A stretch of 64,000 nucleotides of DNA from Trichoplax sp. H2 (taxonomy: Eukaryota). Made by a program: the position numbers and the translations under genes. The notes under the pieces were generated by a model that saw only the letters and a program-made list of their open reading frames with translations, was not told the origin of the DNA and made no database searches. This document shows positions 41,662 to 54,400 of the stretch, piece after piece; position 1 is the stretch's first letter, and each line of letters opens with the position of its first letter. The stretch is taken from positions 62,001-126,000 of the forward strand of contig NOWV01000026.1 in the NCBI GenBank assembly GCA_003344405.1, given 5' to 3'.

Positions 41662-42966
41662 ACGGATCTCAAGCAAACCTCAAGTCGTGTCTCCCACTCC
41701 CAGAAAATCATCCAGAGCCAGGAAGAAGCCTCTAAAACTCATCGAAACTCTAGAGTAACACTCCAGCCATAGTACACGCATAAATCTATACTTCATCTAG
41801 TCTATATTCAGTAACTGTTTATGCATGGCGATAGCAGACCTATCCATATCTTAACCAGGAGATGTAACATAATGAACTATCGTATCAACCCTATAGCACC
41901 GTACGTACATTCACGTACGGTGAACTGTGCATCGCGATACAGATGTGTCATGTGTATGTATCGTATTATCATATAAACTCAAGAATTAGAAGTAAAGTGC
42001 ATATGAATAAATATCTATGTATATCCTGAACACGCTCAGTCTTCTTGCTTCTCTCTCTATAAGATACTAATATCTATCTTATCCTCTACATATCGGAAGC
42101 ATCCTTTGCGAGTATACCATCCGCTAACACTACAGAGTACAGCTCAGGAGCATTTCGTAACTTCCTTCTTCCTCCACTGAATTATACTATGTTCTGTTGA
42201 GACTTGTGAGTAAACCTGGATGCATTCCCTACTTGAGACCATAGAGGTTAGGAAAGAACCTCTATCACAGTTCGACATAAAATTTCACGCCATATTTGTG
42301 CAGTAACTTTTATTATAAAACTTTACGTTTTACCTGTAAACATAGAAATATGACAAAGCCTCCATGGCTGTAACTAACCGATTTCATCAATGCTGGTTAA
42401 TCAAATTTTAAGAGGTTTCAATTGCCTCGATATTATTCAAAACACTGATTACTCAAGCATAAAAGAATAGCATGTCAAAAGAGTAACCGCTTCTTGTTTA
42501 GTCATGAAATATAATCGTACTTAAGAAAAAACAGTTCGCTGTGAATTTTGTGTTTATTTCAAAAGAGAACGACATCCATGAAATGAGCAAAAAAGCAAAC
42601 CAGAAATCTGTCATCATTGTTCGGCTATCTACAGTACATGCACGTACATTTATATTTACTCAAGTACAGTAGCTATGAAATAACAACTAATGAATACTAA
42701 GATATAGCGAACGCAATTATCGGCAAATACGCAATTTCCGTTCAGGATTGTTAAGGAATATTTCAATTCTATTTTCATATACTATAGCTATCAGCACTGA
42801 ATTCTAGAAGTCATGGCTATTACAATCAACTTTGCATTTATTACAGGAACTTTACTAAATATCCATCCAGTATCGACAAAGACGTCGGTTAAAGTTAACC
42901 AGCCAACTGTATGGGACCTCATTTGTAAAATTTTTAGAATACTTACTTTTCGATCCAGCGTTACCT

Positions 42967-45027
42967 TTATCCCTCATCTTCGTCCTCTAAAACCTCCTCG
43001 TCATACTCACCTTCACTCTGAGCAAAATAGTATCAGGAGGATTAATAATAAAATATAATCGTGATTGGAGTTGAATCATAAATTTATAGCATAACAAACT
43101 TCAAAATCATCGTCTTCTAAATTTTCTTCGCTGCTATCATCCGATATTTTCTCTTTCTCCTTTTCTATTATTTGCTCAAGGTTACTTTCTTCTACGTCTT
43201 GGTCATTAAAGACGTCACGTCTATTATTTTCATCAACGGAATCTTGAAACTCTGTATCTGTTGAAAGAAATATTGTATGATTGCATATCCAATAAAAAAC
43301 TGTTACTACAATTCAATACATTTAAGTTGTTAACCTTCAGACTCATCATCTACAACAACTACATCTTCATCATCCTCAATTTCAGCTTCCGCAGTATTCT
43401 GCAATATGAATCAGTGAAGCAACGCTATAAGAGTTTGTACTTGTATAGTAATACAAAGATAAAATTAAACGCAAACTTTTAGTATCTAAATTACAGATTG
43501 ATAACTTACTATATAATACTGAAGTGGATTAGGAAAGATATCATCTTTGATAACATCACCAATGTCATCACCGTTTAATACGTGATCCTGACTTGAAAAC
43601 CAAGAGAAAAAGCTCTTATAGTGATCTTCTCGTCTCCTCTTTGAGCCTGTCGTTACAGTATTTTCAATAGCGGTAACATCCTGCAGTTAAATGATTCAAG
43701 ACTGAGAGAAATAATAAACAGATATTGATTGCTACGGTAAATCAAGATTTCACCCTACCATGCCTTCCTTCCAATCGATTCGTGTACATTTTGTGCTTAT
43801 AACATTGCCATCATCATTGTACTTAATAATGACATCCTTTTGAATTAACTTATTTCCTAAGTAAGGATTTTCGCTAAATTTCTAGGATATACGTATTAAA
43901 GTCAGTAATAAAAATAAATTAATTTAACTTTACAAGAAATGGACAAGTAGAGCAATCGCACAAACTAACAAAAGTGATCCTATATCCTGATTTTATGTCC
44001 TCGTATTCCCGAACATCGATCGATTCCAAGTAACTGAGGACATCTTCGTCCTTTTCATTAATTAGACAGCCAATGGTAGGATGGCTTAACAACTAGGATA
44101 TCACGGTAATAAACAAATACAAATTCTCAATTCTTTGAAAGAATTATTACGTCGCGTTGCATATCAAAATCGATATCCGACATCGTTCTGGATTAATTAC
44201 CCGCGATTATAAACGCAAAACTGTAGACTCATTGCAGATTGTAGATATACAGCGAGGATAATCTCATCGTATTTAAAAAGAAAGAATAAATGATTTTTAT
44301 TGCTTACTACTCATTAAGGTTAAGTGTAACCTACGAACTTTAGAAAGTTCAGATGAAATGTCACTTTACTGCAGCAGTAAATCGATACAACTGGGCGGAA
44401 TATCTTGTAAAGTAAGTGAGTGCCCTGCCATGTTTGCGAATAAAAGATAACTACTACATTTTCATTCGTTTGCTAGGCCCGTGATCAGTAAAAGTAAATT
44501 TGTGGACCAACCACAAAAAGACTAAGCAGTCAGTACAGTACAGTACCTTAACCAATGGACACTTGCAGCGTAATGCAATGAATAATACAGTATCGTAGCT
44601 AGCTGCGTAAATATAATTGAACATGGCCGGAATCATCACAACGATGCACTGTACATACACATCAACAGCAGTTAATCATAACGAGTACGTAGGTTAAAAC
44701 TTTACGCTCAGTTGATACTTCACGAAGAATTTGCGAAACTATCCTTTTATATTTGTAAAAACTTACGACAGTTATCCAAAAATGTGGAATCTTTTCAATC
44801 AGTTTCGCCCTTTTTAAGTAATAAGGTTCCCTAATTGTATTGTATTTTATTTCTATTTGCAATATTTCGTCCGCTCCTCTTTCGTTTAAAGCCTCAATTT
44901 GAGATTGGATTAGTTCTATATTCTCTAACACTTCCTGATGTTCATAACAAACTTCTTCATAAGCTCCTACGTTACTATTATCTGATGGGGCATTACTTTT
45001 TAACACTTTCTTTGCGGGTTCTGCCAT
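42967..45027 (-). CDS. SET: SET/TAF-I (NAP family) histone chaperone with acidic tail, about 7 exons
   Basis: IEALNERGADEILQIEIKYNTIREPYYLKRAKLIEKIPHFWITV/LSHP..DIKSGYRITF/FSENPY..IDWKE/SFFSWF..GDVIKDDIFPNPLQYY followed by D/E-rich exons. Confidence 0.88.
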
Positions 45028-45029
45028 GA

Positions 45030-45335
45030 TAACTACTGTACTGTAGAGTGTACGAGAGAAGTGAAGAGAGTATGTAACAAGTACAGTACACTTAAGCAAT
45101 ACTGGAAGTTGTGGACTGGACTACGGCACAGTACAGATTCCATATCTAAGCAGTCTGTAGTGCTGTACTGTACACTGCACAGTACAGCGTCAGTACAGTA
45201 GTTAATCGATAGTTACAGTGCACATGAACACTAGAGACCCTCTTATACTGTACTGTACTGTACAAGTAATTTGTAATTTGCAAAATTTTTACACACGACT
45301 GTACACTGTACAGTGTACACTGTGCAGCGTACGGT
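45030..45335. repeat. (ACAGT)n/(ACTGT)n array in the SET/NOXRED1 divergent promoter
   Basis: tactgtactgtactgtaca, ctgtacactgtacagtgtacactgt and similar units. Confidence 0.8.
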
Positions 45336-45339
45336 ATTT

Positions 45340-45353
45340 GGTGCTATGGTAAC
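45340..45353 (+). promoter_or_regulatory. RFX X-box-like motif
   Basis: GGTGCTATGGTAAC matches the RFX consensus GTTGCYATGGYAAC at 13 of 14 positions; about 410 bp upstream of the NOXRED1 ATG. Confidence 0.55.
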
Positions 45354-45761
45354 CAAGATCATACCAAAACGACTGCTGTCTTTTCATTCTTTTTAATAAC
45401 TCGTATTTCATACCCGTTTTTAATGTAATAATTTTTATTGTAACTTCGCTTTCGTATACGTATTTCTTTTGTCACGTCGTGATACAGTTGAGGAGAGTAC
45501 AGTAATACTAGCATATGCTGTATCTCACTATCGTGCTTGCGGGTGAGCATTTAGTTAACCAGATATCATCAAACTTTTGCTAAGTTTTCATGTTCTTATT
45601 TATTTACGTATTTCATTTAAAGTCATTGAAGTAGATTGATTGATTGATGCCTAATTTAAATATACAGTGAAAAGAGTTTATAAATACTGTTAAAAACGTG
45701 CAAATCTTACTTTTATCTTGTTATCTTAACGACGAATGTCATAGTAAAATAAAAGGAATAA

Positions 45762-47189
45762 ATGTCCCTAGAATCAGACATCACACGAAACTTACCTTCT
45801 CTGCAATTTCAATCAGCATTCGATGAAACTGATGGTCACTATTTACACCTTAGAATAAGAAGTTATATACTAACTGTTGCAGCTTGTGCCCAGGCTACGT
45901 ACTTTATTAGCGTACTTAATGAATTACGACAAGTGGTATTGGAAGAATACTCCTCTAGAGTAGTTCATAGGCCCAGCAGTTCTCGGATTCTAAATACATC
46001 TATTCAGCGTGACCCAGTTAAAGTGGGAATTATTGGCTGTGGTAGACTTGGTAGGCAACTGGCCACCTCATTATTAGCTTTTGCAGGTGTTAGACCGGAA
46101 GAACTTTTTATTTCTACAAGAAGACCGGAGCTGTTACAGGATTTAGCTCAGCGAGGCGTTTGGTGCAGTTTTGATAATCAGTGCCTATGTAATAAGGTTA
46201 ATGTGCTTTTTATATGTTGCCTACCGTCACAATTTGGCACTGTCGCAAAAGATATACAATCTTTTTTGCTATCGAATACGATTGTATATAGTCTAGTTGG
46301 TGCAACCACAATTGATAGAATTTTACAATCCTTACGATTCGATAACGTTATTCGTCCTGAATTTTCGTGGGCAACGAATGTAACAGAGAGAAACCTTGAA
46401 AAGCATTGGAATACTTCTAAAGATATTATTCAAGCACTTTATGATTCAAGAATAATTGCTTCTTGTTGTCCTTTAAGTTTAAACAAAGAAGGTAAGTATA
46501 ACAAACGCTATAAGCTACTACAATCATTATTATTTTGTGCTTTAGCAAGCATAAATCGAAATAATTGAAAAATAAACTGACAATATCCGTATTTAATTAT
46601 TTCGGATTTGTCTCAGAAAAAGACACCAATATCATTTACGGAAATTTATATTTCTTTTTATACAGAAGATACAGTTAACACATCCGAGCAGTGGGCAGAA
46701 GTTATCATCATGGCATTCATCAATATGTGTACTGAACTGAAAGTTTCTAAAAATGACTCCGTAAAATTATGTAATCAAATTATATTAGGATTGCAGGATA
46801 ACAGCACAGAAGAACACGGATTTGTTATTGAAGATCTTCAAGCTGTAATTCCCAACGATCAAATAATCTCAAAAGAGTAAGCAGATATAATTTGATTATA
46901 ATGACTTAGAGTATCGATCCGAAGTTCTCGTATAACATATAACGATAAAAATTATCTTAACAACAACTTTATTATATGTAGGGATAATATCACTTCTACA
47001 AACACAGATCGCAGCACAAAACTGTTCCCAATTTTTAACTTCAAATTAGCGTATTTCTCTCATACTCATATTGGATACAAAGTTTGTTATGAAGGAATTA
47101 GAAAGAATTTCATTAAGAATTTTAGCTCCAAGTTTGGGAAAGTAAAGGTTTGGAAAGGCTACCGATCCGAAAATTTAACAAAGAATTAG
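45762..47189 (+). CDS. NOXRED1: NADP-dependent oxidoreductase domain-containing protein 1 (P5C-reductase-like Rossmann fold), 3 coding exons
   Basis: N-terminal DITRNLPSLQF, KVGIIGCGRLGRQL, ISTRRPE, LFICCLPSQ motifs. Confidence 0.82.
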
Positions 47190-47999
47190 GATTCTCGCTT
47201 GATATGAGCTTTTTATTCGACAAATTTATAATTATAATTACTCGCGCTTCGTTAGGGTTCTGTAGGTCATTGATATAATAATGCACCTGTCCGTATTGAT
47301 AATGAGATGAATTTTTATGCGGTATTTATACAATGTGTACCTTAAATTTACTCTATACCATATTTCCTCGATATCAAATACTCAGTACAACATATGAGTA
47401 TTCACGATAACTCCTAGAATATAATTTTCTTTGAAATTTGAGAGATTTCATGATGTTATAATGATTTCGTTCTTGCTTAATTAACATACGCGTATCTTAT
47501 TATTATTATTTATAATTATTCGCTTATTATTTAGCATTATAATTTTATTTGTAATAAATTGTACATATCTGCGTTCGATTTAGTATACGAGCTCGTATAA
47601 ACTTTACTTTAATAACTGCTATTAGACTTTTCAAATCTGAAAAGAAATATGAAAAGGTCAGCCACCAACGACTTCTAGACTAGTAACGTTAGATACACTT
47701 CTTACCTATGAACGTTGCTATGTAAATCGGGTAAATGGCAATATTTTGGAAGACTACACTCAATGCTTGATTGTACTGTCTGTCGCACAGTACTGTATGA
47801 TTGTCCGTGAAAAAAACTGGCAACAGATCGAGGCTATGAAAAATGTAGTGCATGCCAGAGTTATCTACGTATTACACGGTACAATACCTTTATCCAGTAA
47901 TATAATTGATGGTACAGTAATATCATATTATTCAATAATAGTTATCGGAGTCTGTTTACAACATAATATCACTGGAGGGAGATTAGCTTAACATAACGA

Positions 48000-48345
48000 T
48001 GATATACTGTACTGTATTGTATCACTTTTGCAATCTACAGCACTGTATAACTCAAATTTTTACCATTTTCTACTTGGGTTGGCGCGACATCTTACTCTTT
48101 AATTGGCATAAAAAATCTGAATTATAGCCTGTATGCTGAGTATTTGAGATATCGAAATCAACATGTACAGTGTACAGTACAGTACAGTATACAGTAGTAC
48201 GTTTTTAATGAGCGAAACGGCGGGAATTATGTATGAATCGAATGCAGAATACAAATAGTATTCTACGCATACTCAGTTCTGTGCAGCAGTGTACTGTACA
48301 GTGTACAGTACAGTAGAAACACTGTACTGTACTGTACACTGTACA
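48000..48345. repeat. (ACAGT)n/(ACTGT)n array upstream of the DHX9-like gene
   Basis: tgtacagtgtacagtacagtacagtatacagta; actgtactgtactgtacactgtaca. Confidence 0.85.
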
Positions 48346-48479
48346 ATGTTACAATCGTGGACAGATGAACTAGTGAATTCTGGCTATACTGTAGTCAGTA
48401 GGCAAGCTTGGACCGTGACATATATACAGTAACGTACATATATAGAACACAGAACATAACCCAACCCTACTGTACAATA

Positions 48480-51400
48480 ATGGCCACTGGGATTAAGAAT
48501 TCTCTGTACGCCTACTGTGGAAAACAGAAAATCACTCCCAAATATACCGTGAAGGCATGTGGTGGAGGTTTTGTTAGCGAAGTGGGTATCACTTTAAATT
48601 GTAAAACTTCTAAAATCCAGCCATTGAAATAAGCATGAACTCTGCTGTACCTTCATAGTTTGACAGTCAATCGTAAGCAGCTTCATTCGTTACTTACACA
48701 AGTATAAATGTAAGCTCTGAAATGTACTTACATGCGTTTATCGTAAAGGCAGAGATAGTTCATGCCACATGATATTGAAAGAAACAGAGAATGGTAAATT
48801 GTGCTTTACCGTGTAGCATTAGGTTGTGCAAGATTTGTATCTAGCGTAAAACTTCTTTTCAGTTTTCATCATAGAAGTAAATAAATTTTACCTCTATGAT
48901 TTACACTACTCGGCTTATGTCAGCTAGACACTGTCTTTTTGCAGTGTTTTAAAAACCAAAACTCAATCTAATAGTAAGTTAATCTTTCGCTATTAATAAG
49001 TCAGATATTACAGTAAATCCTTTTTTTGTCTCCATCGTTCATACTCGACGTACTTGCGAAGAAGTTAGTAATTACAAAAATTTCAATACATAGAAGCGTT
49101 CTATGATGTAACTTCGAAGACGTGAGAAAACCTGAAATTTTTTAGCCATAGTGAAGTTTACTCGTACTCGTCGTACATTAATTACACTCTGAGTCTAAAA
49201 ATGTCAAAAAGCATATCAATACTAGATCATGACTTATTAAAGAGTCGAAATGATTTTTAACCCAAATTAATATTTCCACTATTAGTTATTTAACAGGACT
49301 ATGATGTTCTATAATATATTCACTTATGTTGCAGATAAAATCTCTTAACTAAATATAAGTCAGTTACGTATATACAATAGAACAGTGCGCCGCTTCCCAA
49401 GACCTGAGGATTATGCAACTATTACTGTTAAGACTCCGATAATGTCCTAGTGCTAAATATATCTGTGACGAAGGCTGCACAAGAATTCAATATGCACTTA
49501 GTCTCACTCATACAAAGCATTAAGGTCTAGAATGCTCACTACTGACCAAAATCGGAGATTATTGAACGCAATGATATTTTAATGAAAACCTTTAAAAATT
49601 TTGTCATCGTACAGTATGTCGTTGTGCCGGCATCAAGAAGACAATAAAATTTATATTTTTCTTGTTGAGGGCATGCTCTAAACGTATCATAACATGGATC
49701 TACTAGGACACCATGATCGCGATCAACACGCCACAACATCATCTAAAGACGTATCATAAAAATTAATTATACTCTTCAATCCGAAGCTGTACTCCGTTTA
49801 ACTTGCTTAAAATAAATTCCGTGAAGAATTTACCTTTAGTGCAAGTCAAACGAAGACATACGCGTACTGTAAAACTGAATCACTTCAGTCTGCAAATAAT
49901 TAAAAAAGCTGAATCTAAATATAAAGTGCAGCATAATTGTTATATTTTGGTTAGGTTCGTGTGGCTAATCATGACTATGTAGGTACAGGAGTAGCGAGAA
50001 ACAAAAAGAGTGCACAAACAGCAGCCGCGCTTGATTTTTGTAGATATTTATCGAAAGAGAAATCAATTATAATTCCAGGAGCTGTTGATATTGAGGTATT
50101 GACTGTTGACTCTTTAATCAACTGTTAATAAATATAAGAAGAAATTTAGCTTATTAGCTCTTTCTCTGCGTAATGTATTTACAAGAACTCATCATGCCTT
50201 TAATGTCTCATGCACTAACCAGGATGACTACCCAAATATTGTATATCTTAAACTTTTGCATATTAATACAAGTATAAAAATGCGGTTTAAGATCGAAAAG
50301 TTGCTGCTTATTTAATAGATATCTGTAGGTAATTAATTTCGAATCATTTTCTACGTTCGGCTAACTTATTGAAATTGCGATGTAACGTTACGAAATCAAG
50401 AATAGTCCGCTTTTGCAACATGAAGATAGACCTTGCTACCAAGGTTAGCAGATAGCTAGTACTTTCCTAATAACCAATTGCCAAACTACCACCGACTCAG
50501 TCTACCTTGTTATTCTCGCTAAAAGATAAGAAGATCTGTAATCAAGACTCTGGATACGAACGTGTACTATCATCTAATAATAAAAGGAAGGCTGAACAGG
50601 TATAAGATGCATAGCGATGCGTAGATTATTTTGAACGGGAGAAGTGCAAATATTCGGCTAATGGAAGCTTTCTCTACTATCCTGGCTTCATTTTCTTAAG
50701 CTACTTGATGTCGATGTGTTGGAATCTCCTGACTTAGCCGTAAATGGTTACTGGACCTTGCATAATTCTCGTCCTCGTCTCAATGAATACTTGCAGAAGA
50801 ATAATTTATCAAACGATTTTAAATATTTCACGATCGGATCTGATGATGAGAAGTATTATATACTTTGGTTTATAACAAATTAATAAGTTTCTGTTCTGTA
50901 ATTCTAATCAATGGATCTATATATATGTTACATTAAACATATATAAGACGTTTTAGAGCATCATTTTCAATATACATCGATAGTTTAGCTAAAGGTACTG
51001 TGGCATAAGTTCATAAATAATGTTTCTACATACTTTACTGTTGGAATAATCCCTTCTGATTGTAATTATAATACTTAGAAGTAACTGCTGCTGAAACTGG
51101 TTTCACGAAGGAAGAGGCTGCTCAGTTATGCTGTTTGTCTGTGGTTCGGCAGTTATACTGTCTTAAAGAAATAGAATCTTACACTCCAAGCAGAAAGTCT
51201 AAAGTTCGTATTCAAAGCCATGCATTAATTCTCCTCGTAGTATGTACTTGTTTACAGGTTTCTGCTACTCTTTAAGCATGCTACAGTATGTATATGTATG
51301 TTTGTCGTTATACTTTCATTTTTTATGTACAAAAATATCATATTTTTAATTTATGCAGATTAATCCTAGTGATCGTAATAGCGTTGGGGCGTCAAATACC

Positions 51401-54400
51401 AATACGAAATTTAATGGTACTGGTTTTACGACAGCATCCTTTACTGTTGAGGATGAAACAGATATAGTCGAAATTAGAAACAGAGATGAAAAATCTGTGA
51501 TGCGTCGTGGTAGCTAACAAATTCTGTACAGTTAAGAGACTGCTAAGGACCTATTACATTGCTCTCATTATTTCTCTCTTAAATTATGTAGAGAATGAAG
51601 CAATACCCCATTACTTGACGACTGCAACAAATAATACGGTATGTATTTATAAATCATTTTTTAAGATGTAAATTATAATTATCGTACAATACAAGATCGT
51701 GACCATTTAATACGATCTATTTAATATTGAAAATATGAAGGACAGTTCACACACTGTATCAGATACTGGAAATTGGACTATGGAAAATTCTCGCCCGAAA
51801 CTCAATATATATTTACAAAAGAATAAGTTACCTCTTAATTTCGATTACACTTCGAATGGACCAGATCATTTAAGGTTTGTTCTAAGCTATTGTATACCTT
51901 ATTTCAAATTCTTGTTTCGATAATTTACAATATCCTATTCAATTGTTTTACTGTAGAACATATACTGCGTCGATGACGATTACCATTAAACACTTAGGCA
52001 AAGGTACTAGATATTAATTAGGCAAGGATAATGGTACAGAGAATATATTTCAATTTAAATTGGCAACATTTAATTCGACAATTTTTAGTAATTACTGGAT
52101 CTGGCTCTGGACCTACCAAGAAGCAAGCAAATCGCATGTGTTCTCTCTCATTAGTTGGACAATTATATCGACTTGGAGAGATAGAGGCTTATTTATCCGA
52201 ATTAACTGATACGACGAAGAAAGAAGAACAAGTAAACTCCTTGAAATTACTGCCTAAAATTTAGGCAACGTCATCAAGACTCATATGAATATTTCTTCTT
52301 ACTTTATCAGAATGCGGGACCTTTCGATTTTAGAGTCTCAGATAGCATTTTGTCTTCTTTAAGAAATATTACAACTCTATTTGAATTTTGCCCTCAGGTT
52401 AGTTAATCATCAATTTAATTAAAAAGAACATCTCTTTTCTGAATTAGTTTAACAATATCTAAAATATTAAATATTAGGAAAATAATAAACCTTCCGAAAG
52501 TACGTTATTTGAATCTCCCCGCCAATTCAAAGTCGGCCAGAACGACTGTGGTACGGATAGTGTTATAACTTGGCGATCGCCTTCTGTATCATGGAATCCG
52601 TGGACCAATTGTGAAATTTCTATAGTAATTACTTTCAATTTTATTAAGGATTAACATACTCCTAAATACGAGCACGTTTATGTTAACTTATAGTGTATGG
52701 TGCATCTTTATATTATCTATTCTTTACAGAATTCCAATAAGAATACAACAAATAAGCAGTTATTTACTGAACAACAGCGTAAACTTAAGTTCGAACCTGC
52801 TTTACAGCAGGTAAGCTCTAGCTAAGAGACTGATTTTACTCTCTTCACATACATTTGCGGCAACATTACATCCGAAGAATTAAGATTAATTTATGAATGG
52901 CCTGTTCTAGAGAATTCTAGAACGGCAAAGTCTTCCTATATCAAGATCGGCCGTAAGAATATTGGATGCTATTGACTGTAATCCAGTAGTAATCATTTGC
53001 GGAATGACAGGCTGTGGAAAAACCACGCAGGTATTACGAAAATCTAATCCAAAAGATTAAATGCTTAATAGTAATCAATTAAAAGACATCAATTTGTTAG
53101 GTACCGCAATTCGTTGTTGATGATATGATTGGTCGAGAGCGTGGATCAGATTGTGCTGTTATAGTTACTCAGGTTTTTACTGTTATTAAATATTATGTAT
53201 TTCCAAGTTGAAGATACAATAAGCTCATACTCTAGTATCGCACTGTAGCCACAACGCATCTGTACGATATCAATCGCTGAAAGGGTAGCCTATGAAAGAT
53301 GCGAAGTTTTAGGTGAGAGCGTTGGTTACTGCGTAAAATTTGAGAAGCTGCTACCTAGACCCCACGCTTCGATATTATTTTGCACTTCTGGTTGGTAAAC
53401 AACTTACTGATAAGTTATTATCTATATGCTTGATAAATCTGGTACTTTTATGCTTTTACCATAAATTTATAATTTTTATAATAAAAGATGTACTACTACG
53501 CAGAATGGAATCAGGATTGAGAGGTGTATCACATGTGATTATAGATGAGATCCATGAACGCGACCTTAAGGTTACTATTTTATTAAGAGACTTTAATATA
53601 AGACTTACAGTAAATGTCAACATCTATTATGTGTACTACATTTCAGACTGACGTGTTACTACTGATACTGCGAGACATGATTAGAACATATCCAACCCTC
53701 AAAGTCGTTTTGATGTCTGCTACAGCTGATAATGATGATATATCTAGTTACTTTGGAAAATGTCCTATAATCAACATAACTGAAAAGTGTTATTCGGTTA
53801 CAGGTAAACTAAAAAGGTTTATTTAATGGTTTATTGCAGTGATACACAAAATTTTGGATGTGAGCTATGTGATGCTAAATGAACAAATTGGTTTTGTTAT
53901 AGAGTATTTTTTAGAAGACTGTGTAACTCTTATTGAACCTCAGGTTAGTCTACTAGCATAGACTCAGTTTCACAAGTTTTTATCAATAGCTCGTCTTGAT
54001 CAATATCATAAAATGACTAATTTTTGAATTTAATATCTTTCAGGCTAATGTTAATGCTGATTCCCCACTATACGAAGCCAGTAGCAAAGAATTTATTTTA
54101 ATAGAGGTATTATGTCATTATAGGGTAATGCATTAACTATAAGTACTTCTGTGATCTAAAACCCGCTTTTTTATTTCTAAAAAGAATTTGCTGTGCTACG
54201 TCGTTAATTTAAACGTCTCTGGGAATATTCTAATATTCTTACCTGATTGGAATGCTATTTCTACTCTGTATCACTTGTTAAAGAATCACAAATTATTTGG
54301 TTTGTCAACTTGCTTTACGATATTAGTTGCAATTAATACATTAATCATAACGATTTAGTGAAATACAAATCAATGAAACGAGTAATGCCTAATACACCTT

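Noticed and set aside
43881..44101. ATATCCT motifs on the SET sense strand suggesting AT-AC introns
   Set aside because: Both sit at 3' splice sites (ATATCCTAG|), not at donors.
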